A stretch of DNA of 64,000 bases from Hyphomicrobiales bacterium (GTDB lineage Bacteria; Pseudomonadota; Alphaproteobacteria; Rhizobiales; TMED25), in the NCBI GenBank assembly GCA_029245795.1, contig JAQWOP010000001.1:16301-80300 (forward strand), read 5' to 3'. Made by a program: the position numbers and the translations under genes. Positions within the stretch are counted from its first letter, which is position 1, and each line of letters begins with the position of its first letter. The notes below the pieces were generated by a model. That model did not search any database, was not told the origin of the DNA, and saw only the letters and a list, made by a program, of their open reading frames with translations. Shown piece after piece: positions 9,239 through 19,453 of the stretch.

Positions 9239-10351
9239 TCAAATATTTTCTTTTTTATCCCATTTTTCATATATTTGATTCATAGTTTCATCAAGTTTTT
9301 GATCATGAATTGCTTTCCTTAATTGAATCATAAGATCATCATAATATTGTAAATTTATATATGTAAGTATCATTGAACCTAGAATTTCTTTTGATTTAAA
9401 TAAATGATGTAGATATGCGCGAGAATATTTAGATGTCACTGGGCATAATGAATTTGAGTTTATAGGGCTGTGGTCTTTCGAATATTTTGAATTTCTTATA
9501 TTAATTTTTCCATTACTTGTGTATGCAAGACCATGACGTCCTGCTCTTGTTGGCATAACACAGTCAAACATATCAACTCCTCTTCTAACAGCCTCCAAGA
9601 GATCTTGTGGTGTTCCAACACCCATTAAATACCTAGGTTTATCTATAGGTAGAAGAGGAACTGTGTAATCCAATGTTTGAAGCATTAATTTCTGACCTTC
9701 TCCAACCGCTAAGCCACCTATAGCATATCCATCAAAACCTATTTTTATTGTTTCTTCAGCAGAAAATTTACGCAAATCAGGATTTACTCCACCTTGTACT
9801 ATACCAAAAAGTTTTCTTTTGTTTTTCTTGAAAAATGACTTCTTAGATAATTCAGCCCATTTCAAGGATAGACTCATAGCATTTTTTACAAGAGTTATAT
9901 CCGTATCATACTCAATACACTGATCTAAAACCATTTGAATATCAGATCCAATTGAATTTTGTATCTCCATTGATAATTTTGGTGTTAGATAAAATTTCTT
10001 ACCATCTATATGTGATTGGAAATGAACTCCGTCATTATGAATTTTTGTTAATTTAGATAAAGACATTATTTGGAAGCCACCGGAGTCGGTTAAAATTGGC
10101 TTATCCCATTTCATAAAATTATTTAAGCCGCCAAAACCATCTAAAACTTCACAACCTGGTCTTAGAAACATATGATATGTATTAGCTAGAATTATTTTAA
10201 AACCAATTTCCTCTAATTTCTCTGTGAACATAGCTTTAACAGTTCCCTGAGTCCCCACTGGCATAAAAACAGGAGTTTCAACCATACCATTTGGTAATTT
10301 CAAAATACCATTTCTGGCTTTGCCATCAGTTTTTTTAATCTCAAAGGTCAT
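9239..10351 (-). CDS. tgt: Queuine tRNA-ribosyltransferase
   Basis: 370 aa. Motifs: TPVFMPVGT, LTDSGGFQ, and the zinc-site region CxC..C...YLHHL. Confidence 0.95.
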   Translation of the reverse strand: MTFEIKKTDGKARNGILKLPNGMVETPVFMPVGTQGTVKAMFTEKLEEIGFKIILANTYHMFLRPGCEVLDGFGGLNNFMKWDKPILTDSGGFQIMSLSKLTKIHNDGVHFQSHIDGKKFYLTPKLSMEIQNSIGSDIQMVLDQCIEYDTDITLVKNAMSLSLKWAELSKKSFFKKNKRKLFGIVQGGVNPDLRKFSAEETIKIGFDGYAIGGLAVGEGQKLMLQTLDYTVPLLPIDKPRYLMGVGTPQDLLEAVRRGVDMFDCVMPTRAGRHGLAYTSNGKINIRNSKYSKDHSPINSNSLCPVTSKYSRAYLHHLFKSKEILGSMILTYINLQYYDDLMIQLRKAIHDQKLDETMNQIYEKWDKKENI

Positions 10352-11402
10352 AATTTTTCTTTATAAGGCATGCATCACCATATGAATAAAATCTATAGTC
10401 ATTTTTTATTGCATATTTATAAGCGTTTTGCATATTTTTAATTCCATAAAAGGCACAAACAAGTACAAATAATGATGATTTTGGTAAATGAAAATTAGTT
10501 ACCAACATATCTACTGCATTAAATTTAAATCCTGGTGTTATATATATATTTGTTTCACCAATATACTCAGAAAATAATCCATCCTTATTGATTGCAGTTT
10601 CTAAAATTCTCATACTAGTTGTTCCCACAGCTATAATTTTATTTTTATTTGCCTTAGTCTGGTTCAGAATTTTGACAGAATCACCATCCAAACAACACCA
10701 TTCCGAATGAATCTTATGATTTTTAATATTATTTGTTTTTATTGGAGAAAAAGTTCCTGACCCTACATGAAGTAAAACAGTACAAACATTTACTCCCTTA
10801 GATTTAATTTTTTTAAGAAGTTCTTCAGTGAAATGAAGTCCAGCAGTTGGCGCAGCAAAAGAACCTTGAGTTTTGGCATAGACAGTTTGATATGATTTCT
10901 CATCTTTTTTATCTATATCTCTCTGGGATGTTATATAAGGTGGCAATGGAACAGTTCCATTAACATAAATCCACTTTAGTAATTTATCTTTTTCTATATT
11001 AAAAGATATCTTAATATGGTCATCTTCTTCAAATGCTACAACTTTAGCCTCAACTGAATCAACCGCTGAAAATATTATTTTATCGTTGATTTTAATACGT
11101 TTTTTTGGCTTGGCTAAAATTAGCCAACATCCATTTCCAACTTCTTTTACAAGATTTAATTTAATTCTTGATATTTCATCAAAACGTTTTTTAAAACATT
11201 CAAAGTAAGAAGGAATAACTTTTGTTTCATTAACAACTAAAGTGTCTCCAGGATTTAGAAAAGAAGGCAAATCATAAAAATGAGCATTACCAATACTTTC
11301 ATTTTCATCTAAAACTAAAAGCTTAGAATTATCTCTAGGTGAAACAGGAGATAAGGCTATGTTACTTTTTTCAAGTTGAAAATCAAACAGTTTTAAATCC
11401 AC
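10341..11402 (-). CDS. queA: S-adenosylmethionine:tRNA ribosyltransferase-isomerase
   Basis: 353 aa. Motifs: PLPPYI, SYQTVYA, GSFAAPTAGLHFT, AVGTTS.R.LE. It overlaps tgt by 11 nt. Confidence 0.95.
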   Translation of the reverse strand: MDLKLFDFQLEKSNIALSPVSPRDNSKLLVLDENESIGNAHFYDLPSFLNPGDTLVVNETKVIPSYFECFKKRFDEISRIKLNLVKEVGNGCWLILAKPKKRIKINDKIIFSAVDSVEAKVVAFEEDDHIKISFNIEKDKLLKWIYVNGTVPLPPYITSQRDIDKKDEKSYQTVYAKTQGSFAAPTAGLHFTEELLKKIKSKGVNVCTVLLHVGSGTFSPIKTNNIKNHKIHSEWCCLDGDSVKILNQTKANKNKIIAVGTTSMRILETAINKDGLFSEYIGETNIYITPGFKFNAVDMLVTNFHLPKSSLFVLVCAFYGIKNMQNAYKYAIKNDYRFYSYGDACLIKKNYDL

Positions 11403-11413
11403 AGTACTAGATT

Positions 11414-11929
11414 TTATTCTTCAATAAGTGACATTCTGATAATTTTATCTGGATCAGTGGGCGGTTCGCCTCTTACAATTGCATCTACATTACTCATGCC
11501 ATCGACAACAGTACCCCATACAGTGTACTGACCATTTAGGAAAGGAGCCGGTTTGAAACATATAAAAAATTGACTATTAGCACTATTTGGATTGCTTGAA
11601 CGAGCCATACCGATAGTACCTCTTTCAAAAGGTTTATTAGAAAATTCAGCTATTACATCTGGATAATCAGAACCTCCCATACCAGTCCCCGTTGGATCTC
11701 CAGTTTGTGCCATAAAACCCTCTATAACTCTATGGAAAACAATCCCATCATAGAAACCTTCTTTGACTAATTCTTTTATTCTTTCAACGTGCAGAGGTGC
11801 AACATCACTATGCAATTCAATTGTTACCTCGCCATGGGTTAATTCTAAAAGCAATTTTTCATTTGTATTTTCAGCCATAACATCCTTCATAAAAATAATT
11901 AATAAAAATAAGAATAATATTTTTTTCAT
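11414..11929 (-). CDS. Cyclophilin-type peptidylprolyl isomerase, secreted
   Basis: Cyclophilin core present (FHRVIEGFMAQTGDPTGTGMGG, SQFFICF). I prefer the internal start MKKILFLFLLIIFMKDVMA (ATG 11929), which gives a signal peptide. The track ORF extends to 11962. Confidence 0.88.
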   Translation of the reverse strand: MKKILFLFLLIIFMKDVMAENTNEKLLLELTHGEVTIELHSDVAPLHVERIKELVKEGFYDGIVFHRVIEGFMAQTGDPTGTGMGGSDYPDVIAEFSNKPFERGTIGMARSSNPNSANSQFFICFKPAPFLNGQYTVWGTVVDGMSNVDAIVRGEPPTDPDKIIRMSLIEE

Positions 11930-11933
11930 TTGT

Positions 11934-12455
11934 CTAAACATTCTTCGTAATAGAATTAACATTACTAATCAAGTATTTATTTACAGAAGTTGGCACTAAG
12001 GCATCAATTTTTCCACCTAATCTATAAATTTGCCTAACAAGACTAGATGATACATGATTTAAACTATTATCAGTAGCTACAAAAAAAGTTTCAATCTTAT
12101 CATTCATTTTACGATTGGTATTATACATTCTAAGTTCATAATTTAAATCAGATGTATCTCTAATTCCTCTTACAATCACATCACAATCATTATTCTTGGC
12201 AGCATCTACAAGAAGACCATCAAAGATTATGATATCAATTAATGGCAATCTCATATTTTTTACTTTTAATTCATCAATAGATTGTTGTAGAAGGGTTTCC
12301 CTAACTTTTATATTAAGAAGACTTTGCTTCTCATGATGATTACCAATTCCTATAATTAAATGGTCGGTAATTTTTGAGACTTTTTCAATTATATTTTGAT
12401 GCCCTAATGTAATTGGATCAAATGATCCTGGGAAGAAAAATTTATTCACTATCAT
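11934..12455 (-). CDS. coaD: Phosphopantetheine adenylyltransferase
   Basis: N-terminal nucleotidyltransferase motif [18 protein letters not shown]. The start MIVNK (ATG 12455) overlaps the last 14 nt of gyrA. The longer track ORF would run 140 nt into gyrA. Confidence 0.9.
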   Translation of the reverse strand: MIVNKFFFPGSFDPITLGHQNIIEKVSKITDHLIIGIGNHHEKQSLLNIKVRETLLQQSIDELKVKNMRLPLIDIIIFDGLLVDAAKNNDCDVIVRGIRDTSDLNYELRMYNTNRKMNDKIETFFVATDNSLNHVSSSLVRQIYRLGGKIDALVPTSVNKYLISNVNSITKNV

Positions 12456-15168
12456 CCTCCTCCTGATTATCTTCAGTTTCAATATCTCCCAAACGCTCAA
12501 CTGAGACAACCTGTTCTTCATTATCGATATCAAAAATTCTAACACCTTGTGTGGATCTTGAGGCAATTCGTATATCATCAACAGGACATCTTATTAACTT
12601 GCCTTTATCCGTTACTAGAATTATTTGATTTGATGGCTCTACAGGAAATGAATCTGATAAATCACCATTCCTATCATTCACAACCATTGCTATAATACCT
12701 TTTCCACCACGACCAGTTACTCTATATTCAAATGTAGAAGTTCTTTTGCCATAACCATTATTTGAAATTGATAAAATAAATTGTTCTGATGCTCCCATCT
12801 CAGCGTATTTTTGTTCGCTTAGTATAGTTGGATCTGCATCTTCAATTACATCTTCGGTGGTATCAGTTTCTTGCTCTATATCACCACGGACAGCTTTGCT
12901 CATCTTTATATAAGCTAATCTTTCTTCAGTGGTAGCATTTAGTGCATTAATAATGGTTGCTGATATAACTTTATTATTTTTTGCGAGCCTAATTCCCCTT
13001 ACTCCTGTTGATGATCTACCAACAAATAGCCTTACATCTTTTACACGGAATCTAATACATTGGCCTTTTGAAGTTGTAATCAAAATATCGTCATGGTCTG
13101 TGCAAGTTTCTACAGACTTTATCTTATCATCACCTTGAAGTTTCATTGCGATTTTACCGTTTGATCTAACATCAACAAAATCACTTAATTTATTCTTTCT
13201 TACATTACCATTTTCGGTAGTAAACATTAAAAGTAGATTTTCCCATTCCTCTTCATTTTCTGGAAGTGGCATTATTGTAGTTATATTTTCTCCTTCACTT
13301 AAAGGAAGAAGGTTTATCATAGCCTTACCTTTCGATTGAGGTGTGCCTTGGGGGAGTTTATAACCTTTCATCTTATAAACTATTCCTGTAGATGAGAAAA
13401 ATAATATTGGTGTATGGGTATTTTCTACAAATATTTGAGTAACGAAATCTTCATCCCTAGTACTCATTCCAGCACGGCCTTTCCCCCCTCTTCTCTGACT
13501 TCTATAAGTTGATAAAGGAACTCTTTTTATATAGCCCTTATGACTAACAGTTATTACCACATCTTGCTTTGGAATGAGATCTTCATCATCTACATCTAAT
13601 TCTATATCCATGATTTCAGTTTTACGAGGAGTTCCAAAAGTATTCTTTGAATAAATTAATTCATTTTCAATTATATCATCCAATACTTGCCTAGTAGAGA
13701 GTATTTCAAGATACTTCTTTATATCTTCCCCTATAGTGTTTAATTCTTTCTCAATCTCATCACGCCCTATTGCGGTTAAACGCTGTAATCTTAAATCAAG
13801 AATAGCCTGAACCTGCTCAATTGAGAGCATGTAAGAACCATCTTTAGAAATTTTATGACGTGGATCATCTATTAATTTTATTAGAGATTCCACATTTTTT
13901 GGTATCCATTTCTTCTTTAACATATACTCTCTCGCTGTAGCAGGATCAGGAGATGATCTAATAACTGATATGATTTCGTCGATATTGGCAATAGCTATTG
14001 CCAAACCAACAAGAACATGAGCTCTGTCACGAGATTTATTTAATAGATAGGTCGTTCTTTTGACAACGATTTCAACTCTAAACTCAAGAAAAGCATTAAT
14101 CACCTGTCTAAGAGATAGTAATTCAGGCTTACCAGAATTTAAAGTCACCATATTACAACCAAATGATGATTGTAATGGTGTGTATTTATATAATTGATTG
14201 AGTATTACGTCCGATTCTGCATCTTTCTTAAGTTCTACAACCACACGTATTCCATGTCTATCTGACACATCCCTTATGTCAGAAATACCTTCAACCCTTT
14301 TGTCTCTTACAAGATCAGCAATTTTTTCAATAAGATTTGATTTATTAACTTGGTAAGGTATCTCTGTGATAATAATACTATTCCTATTATTTTGCACCTC
14401 AATATCCGCCTTACCTCTCATTATAATTGACCCCCTTCCGGTTTGTTGAGCATTTTTAATTCCAATTCTTCCAATTATCATACCTCCAGTTGGAAAATCA
14501 GGGCCAGGAATAATTGTATTGAGTTGCTCTTCTGTAATATCAGGGTCTTTTAAAATTGCAATACAACCATCTATAACTTCCGTTAAATTATGAGGAGGAA
14601 TATTAGTTGCCATACCAACTGCAATGCCGCCTGCTCCATTTATAAGTAGGTTAGGGAATTTTGATGGTAATACAGTTGGTTCACTTTCTGAGCCATCATA
14701 ATTTTCTTGATAGTCAATACAGTCTTTATCTATATCCTCTAGCATTAATGTTGTTATTTTATCTAATCTACACTCTGTATAACGCATAGCAGCTGGTCTG
14801 TCGCCGTCAATAGATCCAAAATTACCTTGACCCTCTATTAAGGGTGCTCTCATTGAAAAAGTTTGAGCCATTCTTACTAATGATTCATAAACAGCTGAAT
14901 CACCATGAGGATGATACTTACCGATGACGTCCCCAACTACTCTTGCTGATTTTCGGAATGGTTTATTATGATCCAAACCCATTTGATTCATAGAATAAAG
15001 AATCCTCCTATGAACAGGTTTAAGACCATCTCTTACGTCAGGGATAGCTCTTGAAACAATAACACTCATAGCGTAATCTAAGTAAGACGCACTCATCTCA
15101 CTTTCAATAGTTACAGGTACTATTCCTGACTTAGGTTCTGGATTTGGATTTTTTTCGTCTTCTGTCAA
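12442..15168 (-). CDS. gyrA: DNA gyrase subunit A
   Basis: 908 aa. N-terminal [31 protein letters not shown], the active-site region AAMRYTE, C-terminal beta-pinwheel repeats and an acidic tail. The start codon is TTG (15168-15166). Confidence 0.97.
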   Translation of the reverse strand: MTEDEKNPNPEPKSGIVPVTIESEMSASYLDYAMSVIVSRAIPDVRDGLKPVHRRILYSMNQMGLDHNKPFRKSARVVGDVIGKYHPHGDSAVYESLVRMAQTFSMRAPLIEGQGNFGSIDGDRPAAMRYTECRLDKITTLMLEDIDKDCIDYQENYDGSESEPTVLPSKFPNLLINGAGGIAVGMATNIPPHNLTEVIDGCIAILKDPDITEEQLNTIIPGPDFPTGGMIIGRIGIKNAQQTGRGSIIMRGKADIEVQNNRNSIIITEIPYQVNKSNLIEKIADLVRDKRVEGISDIRDVSDRHGIRVVVELKKDAESDVILNQLYKYTPLQSSFGCNMVTLNSGKPELLSLRQVINAFLEFRVEIVVKRTTYLLNKSRDRAHVLVGLAIAIANIDEIISVIRSSPDPATAREYMLKKKWIPKNVESLIKLIDDPRHKISKDGSYMLSIEQVQAILDLRLQRLTAIGRDEIEKELNTIGEDIKKYLEILSTRQVLDDIIENELIYSKNTFGTPRKTEIMDIELDVDDEDLIPKQDVVITVSHKGYIKRVPLSTYRSQRRGGKGRAGMSTRDEDFVTQIFVENTHTPILFFSSTGIVYKMKGYKLPQGTPQSKGKAMINLLPLSEGENITTIMPLPENEEEWENLLLMFTTENGNVRKNKLSDFVDVRSNGKIAMKLQGDDKIKSVETCTDHDDILITTSKGQCIRFRVKDVRLFVGRSSTGVRGIRLAKNNKVISATIINALNATTEERLAYIKMSKAVRGDIEQETDTTEDVIEDADPTILSEQKYAEMGASEQFILSISNNGYGKRTSTFEYRVTGRGGKGIIAMVVNDRNGDLSDSFPVEPSNQIILVTDKGKLIRCPVDDIRIASRSTQGVRIFDIDNEEQVVSVERLGDIETEDNQEEDDSE

Positions 15169-15284
15169 TTTTCAAACTACTTATTACGAATCATGTTAAT
15201 TAATAATAGCAGGTTATGAGATACGATAGAAAGAGATAATCAAATATATTCTATCTTTCTGTTGAAGAGAGCTTATTAAGTTTA

Positions 15285-15755
15285 TTAAAATGGTATTTCA
15301 TCATCAAATTCATCTGCAACTGGTTCTGCAGAGACAACTCCTGTTTGGCTTAACTCACTTTTACTTCCAGTTGATGGTCCTGCAATTGATGCTGAATTAT
15401 CATTGTTGCTATCAAGGATCGTTAAAGTACCATTAAAATTTTGCAGTACAATTTCAGTTGTATATTTTTCTTGTCCTGATTGATCTTGCCATTTTCTTGT
15501 TTGCAATTGCCCTTCTATATATATTCTTGATCCTTTTTTAACATATTGTTCAACAATCTTAGCTAAATTCTCATTAAAAATAACTACCCTATGCCATTCA
15601 GTTCGTTCTTTTCTCTCGTTTGTATTTTTATCTCTCCATGATTCTGAGGTAGCCATACTGAAACTACAAACTGATTTTCCATCCTGCATAGCTCTAATTT
15701 CAGGATCATTACCCAACCTACCTATTAGTAAAACTTTATTTAAACTTCCAGCCAT
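15285..15755 (-). CDS. ssb: Single-stranded DNA-binding protein
   Basis: 156 aa. The OB-fold N-terminus ([15 protein letters not shown]) is followed by a flexible linker and the acidic tip DDEIPF. Confidence 0.95.
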   Translation of the reverse strand: MAGSLNKVLLIGRLGNDPEIRAMQDGKSVCSFSMATSESWRDKNTNERKERTEWHRVVIFNENLAKIVEQYVKKGSRIYIEGQLQTRKWQDQSGQEKYTTEIVLQNFNGTLTILDSNNDNSASIAGPSTGSKSELSQTGVVSAEPVADEFDDEIPF

Positions 15756-15873
15756 TAATACAACTCCTTTATTAAGTTTATAATATATTCTTAAATTATA
15801 TAAATTTATATTTAATTATATTAATTTAGTGATTATATTGTTGAAACCTAATACTTAATAATGGATTTGTAAG

Positions 15874-18747
15874 ATAAATAAATACATAAAAATAGTTGGC
15901 GCTTCAGAACATAATTTAAAAAATATTTCAATTAATGTTCCTAAAGAAAAACTTATTGTATTTACTGGACTATCTGGTTCAGGCAAATCAAGTTTGGCTT
16001 TTGATACTATCTATGCTGAAGGTCAAAGAAGGTATGTTGAAAGTCTATCTTCATATGCCAGACAATTTCTTGAGATGATGGATAAACCAAAGGTTGAAAG
16101 TATTGAAGGTCTATCTCCTTCAATATCAATCGAGCAAAAAACAACATCTAAGAATCCCAGATCAACTGTTGGGACTGTAACTGAAATCTATGATTACTTA
16201 AGAGTTCTGTATGCAAGAGTTGGTATTCCTTATTCACCTGCAACTGGTCTTCCTATAGAAGCACAAACTGTATCTGATATGATTGACCAAATATCAAAAC
16301 TAAAAAATGACGAAAAGATTTTAATCCTATCACCTGTTGCTAAAGAAAAAAAAGGTGAGTTTCAAAATGAATTTCAAAGAATAAAAAAAGATGGATTTCA
16401 AAGAGTTAAAGTTGATGGAATTTTTTATAAAATAGATAATTTACCAAAATTAACAAAAAGCATCAAACATGATATTGATATTGTTATAGACAGACTGGTA
16501 ACTGGAAATATCGACCAAACAAGATTGGCTGATTCTATAGAAACAGTTCTAAAATATGCCGATTCACAAATAATAATAGAATTTCCAGATAAACCTCTAA
16601 AATTAACCAAAAAAATTAATATTTCAAAAAATATAACCCATGAAAGAATTATATTTTCTACAAAATTTGCCTGTCCTGTTTCTGGCTTTAGCTTAGGTGA
16701 AATAGAACCTAGACTTTTTTCTTTCAACAGCCCTATTGGAGCATGTAGAGGCTGTGATGGTCTTGGAAGTGTTTACTCAGCTGATCCAAAAAAAATAATC
16801 CCAAATCCCGATATCTCAATTTCTGATGGAGCGATCAAACCATGGAAGAATATTAATTCTAGTTTAATATTTGATACAATTCAATCTATTGCGATTTCAT
16901 ATAATTTCAATACTAATACACCATGGAAAGATCTTGATTCAAAAGTAAAGGAACTTCTCTTATATGGTTCAAAAAATGAAAATATTGAATTCTCTTATAC
17001 ACATGAAAATGATAAATACAGTTTAAACAAACCATTTGAAGGCATAATTACAAGTGTAAATAAGGCAATAAAACAAGTAAAATCAAGATATAAATATAGG
17101 GAACTATCCAGATATCAGTCCCTTCAAACCTGCAAAACTTGCCATGGAAAAAGATTAAGTGAAAATGCGCTTAGTGTAAAAATAAACAATACAGATATTA
17201 GCCAATTGACTGCAATGTCAATAAAAGAATCCATAAATTGGGTATCAAATTTACATAAAAAACTTAGTGATAATAAAAAAAAAATTGCAACTCCATTAAT
17301 CAAAGAAATTCATGATCGGTTAACCTTTCTGCTTGAGGTTGGACTTGATTATCTTACATTATCAAGGTCCTCTAGCACATTATCAGGTGGCGAGGCTCAA
17401 AGGATTAGATTAGCAAGCCAAATAGGATCGAAATTATCTGGTGTAATTTATGTATTGGATGAGCCATCAATTGGGTTACATCAGAGAGATAATGGTAGGC
17501 TTTTAAAAACACTAACAACACTAAGAGATTTGGGAAATACAGTCATCGTAGTTGAACATGATGAAGAGGCTATCTGCAAAGCAGATCATATTGTTGATAT
17601 TGGTCCCGGAGCTGGAGTTAATGGAGGGATGATAGTTTCTGAAGGATCTTTAAATAAAATAAAAAATACAAAAGCTTCAATAACTGGGCAATATTTAAAT
17701 GGTGAACTTAAAATTGAAATACCTAAGAAAAGAAGAAAAGCAAAAAAATCTATTAAAATCATAGGAGCAAATGAAAATAATCTTGTAAATATAAATGTTG
17801 AATTCCCATTAGGTGTTTTTTTATGTGTTACAGGTGTATCTGGGTCTGGAAAATCAACTCTAATTAATAATATTTTGTATCAAAGCTTAGATGATAAATT
17901 ATCCAAGATGAATCAAATGCCAGATAATTTCCAAGAGCTTATTGGATATGAGAATATTGATAAGATTATTGAAATTAATCAGTCTCCCATAGGGAGAACT
18001 CCCAGATCAAACCCTGTAACCTATACGGGCACATTCACCCCTATAAGAGAGTGGTTTGCAAATCTACCAGAATCAAAAGCTCGAGGTTATAAAGCAGGAA
18101 GATTTTCCTTTAATGTTAAAGGTGGTAGATGTGAAAACTGTGAAGGTGATGGAGTTATAAAAGTTGAAATGCATTTCCTTTCTGATGTTTATGTCACCTG
18201 TGATATCTGCAATGGGAAAAGATATAATAGAGAAACGCTTGAGGTAAAATATAAAAATAAAAGTATATCAGATATTCTTGATATGACCGTATTTGAGGCA
18301 GTAGATTTTTTTAAAGCAATACCAGCTATTCGAGATAAATTATCAATGCTACAAGCTGTGGGGTTGGATTATATTAAAATTGGACAATCAGCTACGACAA
18401 TATCCGGTGGAGAAGCCCAAAGAATCAAATTATCAAAAGAATTATCAAGAAAACCAAAAGGTAACACGCTATATATCCTAGATGAACCTACAACCGGACT
18501 TCATTTCCATGATGTTGCAAAATTAATAAATATCCTTAGCGATTTAGTTGAAAGAGGTAATAGTGTTATTGTAATAGAACATAATCTGGATGTAATAAAA
18601 AGTGCAGACTGGATTATAGATATGGGACCTGAAGGAGGAGATGGGGGGGGCAAGGTTATTGCAAAAGGTAGACCAGAAGATTTAGTTAATTTTGAAAAAA
18701 GTTATACTGCGGGTTATCTCAAAAAAATTTTAAATATATCAACTTAA
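15874..18747 (+). CDS. uvrA: Excinuclease ABC subunit A; start codon uncertain, see findings
   Basis: Two ABC modules (LSGGEAQRI twice; Walker A GLSGSGKSS and GVSGSGKST) plus zinc-finger CxxC pairs. The conserved N-terminus KYIKIVGASEHNLKN...GLSGSGKSS is encoded upstream of the track start (TTG 15994). The frame is open from 15862 but holds no ATG, GTG or TTG before 15994. 15874 is an ATA codon at the homologous start position. Confidence 0.93.
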   Translation: MNKYIKIVGASEHNLKNISINVPKEKLIVFTGLSGSGKSSLAFDTIYAEGQRRYVESLSSYARQFLEMMDKPKVESIEGLSPSISIEQKTTSKNPRSTVGTVTEIYDYLRVLYARVGIPYSPATGLPIEAQTVSDMIDQISKLKNDEKILILSPVAKEKKGEFQNEFQRIKKDGFQRVKVDGIFYKIDNLPKLTKSIKHDIDIVIDRLVTGNIDQTRLADSIETVLKYADSQIIIEFPDKPLKLTKKINISKNITHERIIFSTKFACPVSGFSLGEIEPRLFSFNSPIGACRGCDGLGSVYSADPKKIIPNPDISISDGAIKPWKNINSSLIFDTIQSIAISYNFNTNTPWKDLDSKVKELLLYGSKNENIEFSYTHENDKYSLNKPFEGIITSVNKAIKQVKSRYKYRELSRYQSLQTCKTCHGKRLSENALSVKINNTDISQLTAMSIKESINWVSNLHKKLSDNKKKIATPLIKEIHDRLTFLLEVGLDYLTLSRSSSTLSGGEAQRIRLASQIGSKLSGVIYVLDEPSIGLHQRDNGRLLKTLTTLRDLGNTVIVVEHDEEAICKADHIVDIGPGAGVNGGMIVSEGSLNKIKNTKASITGQYLNGELKIEIPKKRRKAKKSIKIIGANENNLVNINVEFPLGVFLCVTGVSGSGKSTLINNILYQSLDDKLSKMNQMPDNFQELIGYENIDKIIEINQSPIGRTPRSNPVTYTGTFTPIREWFANLPESKARGYKAGRFSFNVKGGRCENCEGDGVIKVEMHFLSDVYVTCDICNGKRYNRETLEVKYKNKSISDILDMTVFEAVDFFKAIPAIRDKLSMLQAVGLDYIKIGQSATTISGGEAQRIKLSKELSRKPKGNTLYILDEPTTGLHFHDVAKLINILSDLVERGNSVIVIEHNLDVIKSADWIIDMGPEGGDGGGKVIAKGRPEDLVNFEKSYTAGYLKKILNIST

Positions 18748-19410
18748 TTGCTCATTAATAACGCTATTAGATTTTCGCCAATCATACATCCATTTTTTTA
18801 ATTCTATTATGATAGGCGGATGACCATTATCTCTGTACCAAGAATCTACAACATATTGTTTTTTTGATGATTTCTCTTTAATTACAGCTGTGTAGTGAGG
18901 CCAACGACCATCAATAAGAGCCCCTCTAGACTGTGGTACAACTATATCATGTAAAAAAATTAATTTATGCTTTTGTAGGAATAATAAATAACTAGTTGAT
19001 GAAGCAGATTCATCAACACAATCTTGCTTTTCTGGATTACCTATGAATTCATTCTCTAAAACACCACCTTTATCATTTTTTGTACCAACAATATCTCCAG
19101 TAATAACTTCCATTGTTGCGATTGCAGCAGAAATCATCTGTCTTTCAATATATGGAGTTCTACCATTAACTTCTTTAAAAATTTTTTTAATATCATATAT
19201 GTCGTCTTCAGAGAAATTTATTTGTGTAATTGTGTTACAATTATAACCTGAACATACAATGACATCATGATTTTCGGTTGTTTTTAAATTCATTGAAACA
19301 AGATAATTATCCATACTAGGGTACTTAGTATTCATAGGAGAATATTGGCCTGTGCATGAGAATAAAAATAAGATTATAAGAACTGTAATGGATAAAAGAT
19401 AATTTTTCAT
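18739..19410 (-). CDS. Lipoprotein of unknown function, possible transglutaminase-like (BTLCP-type) Cys-His-Asp fold
   Basis: Signal peptide with lipobox LFLFSC. QDCVDES ... PHYTAV ... VVDSW are spaced like the GDCEDYA ... HAVL ... VLDN triad of bacterial transglutaminase-like cysteine peptidases. This is motif-level only. Confidence 0.55.
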   Translation of the reverse strand: MKNYLLSITVLIILFLFSCTGQYSPMNTKYPSMDNYLVSMNLKTTENHDVIVCSGYNCNTITQINFSEDDIYDIKKIFKEVNGRTPYIERQMISAAIATMEVITGDIVGTKNDKGGVLENEFIGNPEKQDCVDESASSTSYLLFLQKHKLIFLHDIVVPQSRGALIDGRWPHYTAVIKEKSSKKQYVVDSWYRDNGHPPIIIELKKWMYDWRKSNSVINEQLS

Positions 19411-19453
19411 TCTTGTATATATAGTATAAGTTCTTTAAATATTAATTAAATTA

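Noticed and set aside
15224-15264. Imperfect inverted repeat (AGAAAGA ... TCTTTCT) between ssb and gyrA; also an AT-only hairpin TATCTTT-gtta-AAAGATA at 53793-53810 between tsf and pyrH
   Set aside because: The stems are short, AT-rich or mismatched, with no trailing U-tract. They cannot be told apart from chance in this composition.
15829-15843. GTGA-N7-GTTG in the ssb-uvrA spacer as a degenerate SOS box
   Set aside because: It has three mismatches to GTTC-N7-GTTC across eight specified positions. That is too weak in AT-rich DNA to call.
18643-18650. G8 homopolymer in uvrA, and a C8 run at 30034-30041 in tpiA, as phase-variation tracts
   Set aside because: Both encode conserved Gly-Gly-Gly segments (GDGGGK; VGGGS) in essential housekeeping genes. 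They are plausible sequencing-error hot spots but not contingency loci.
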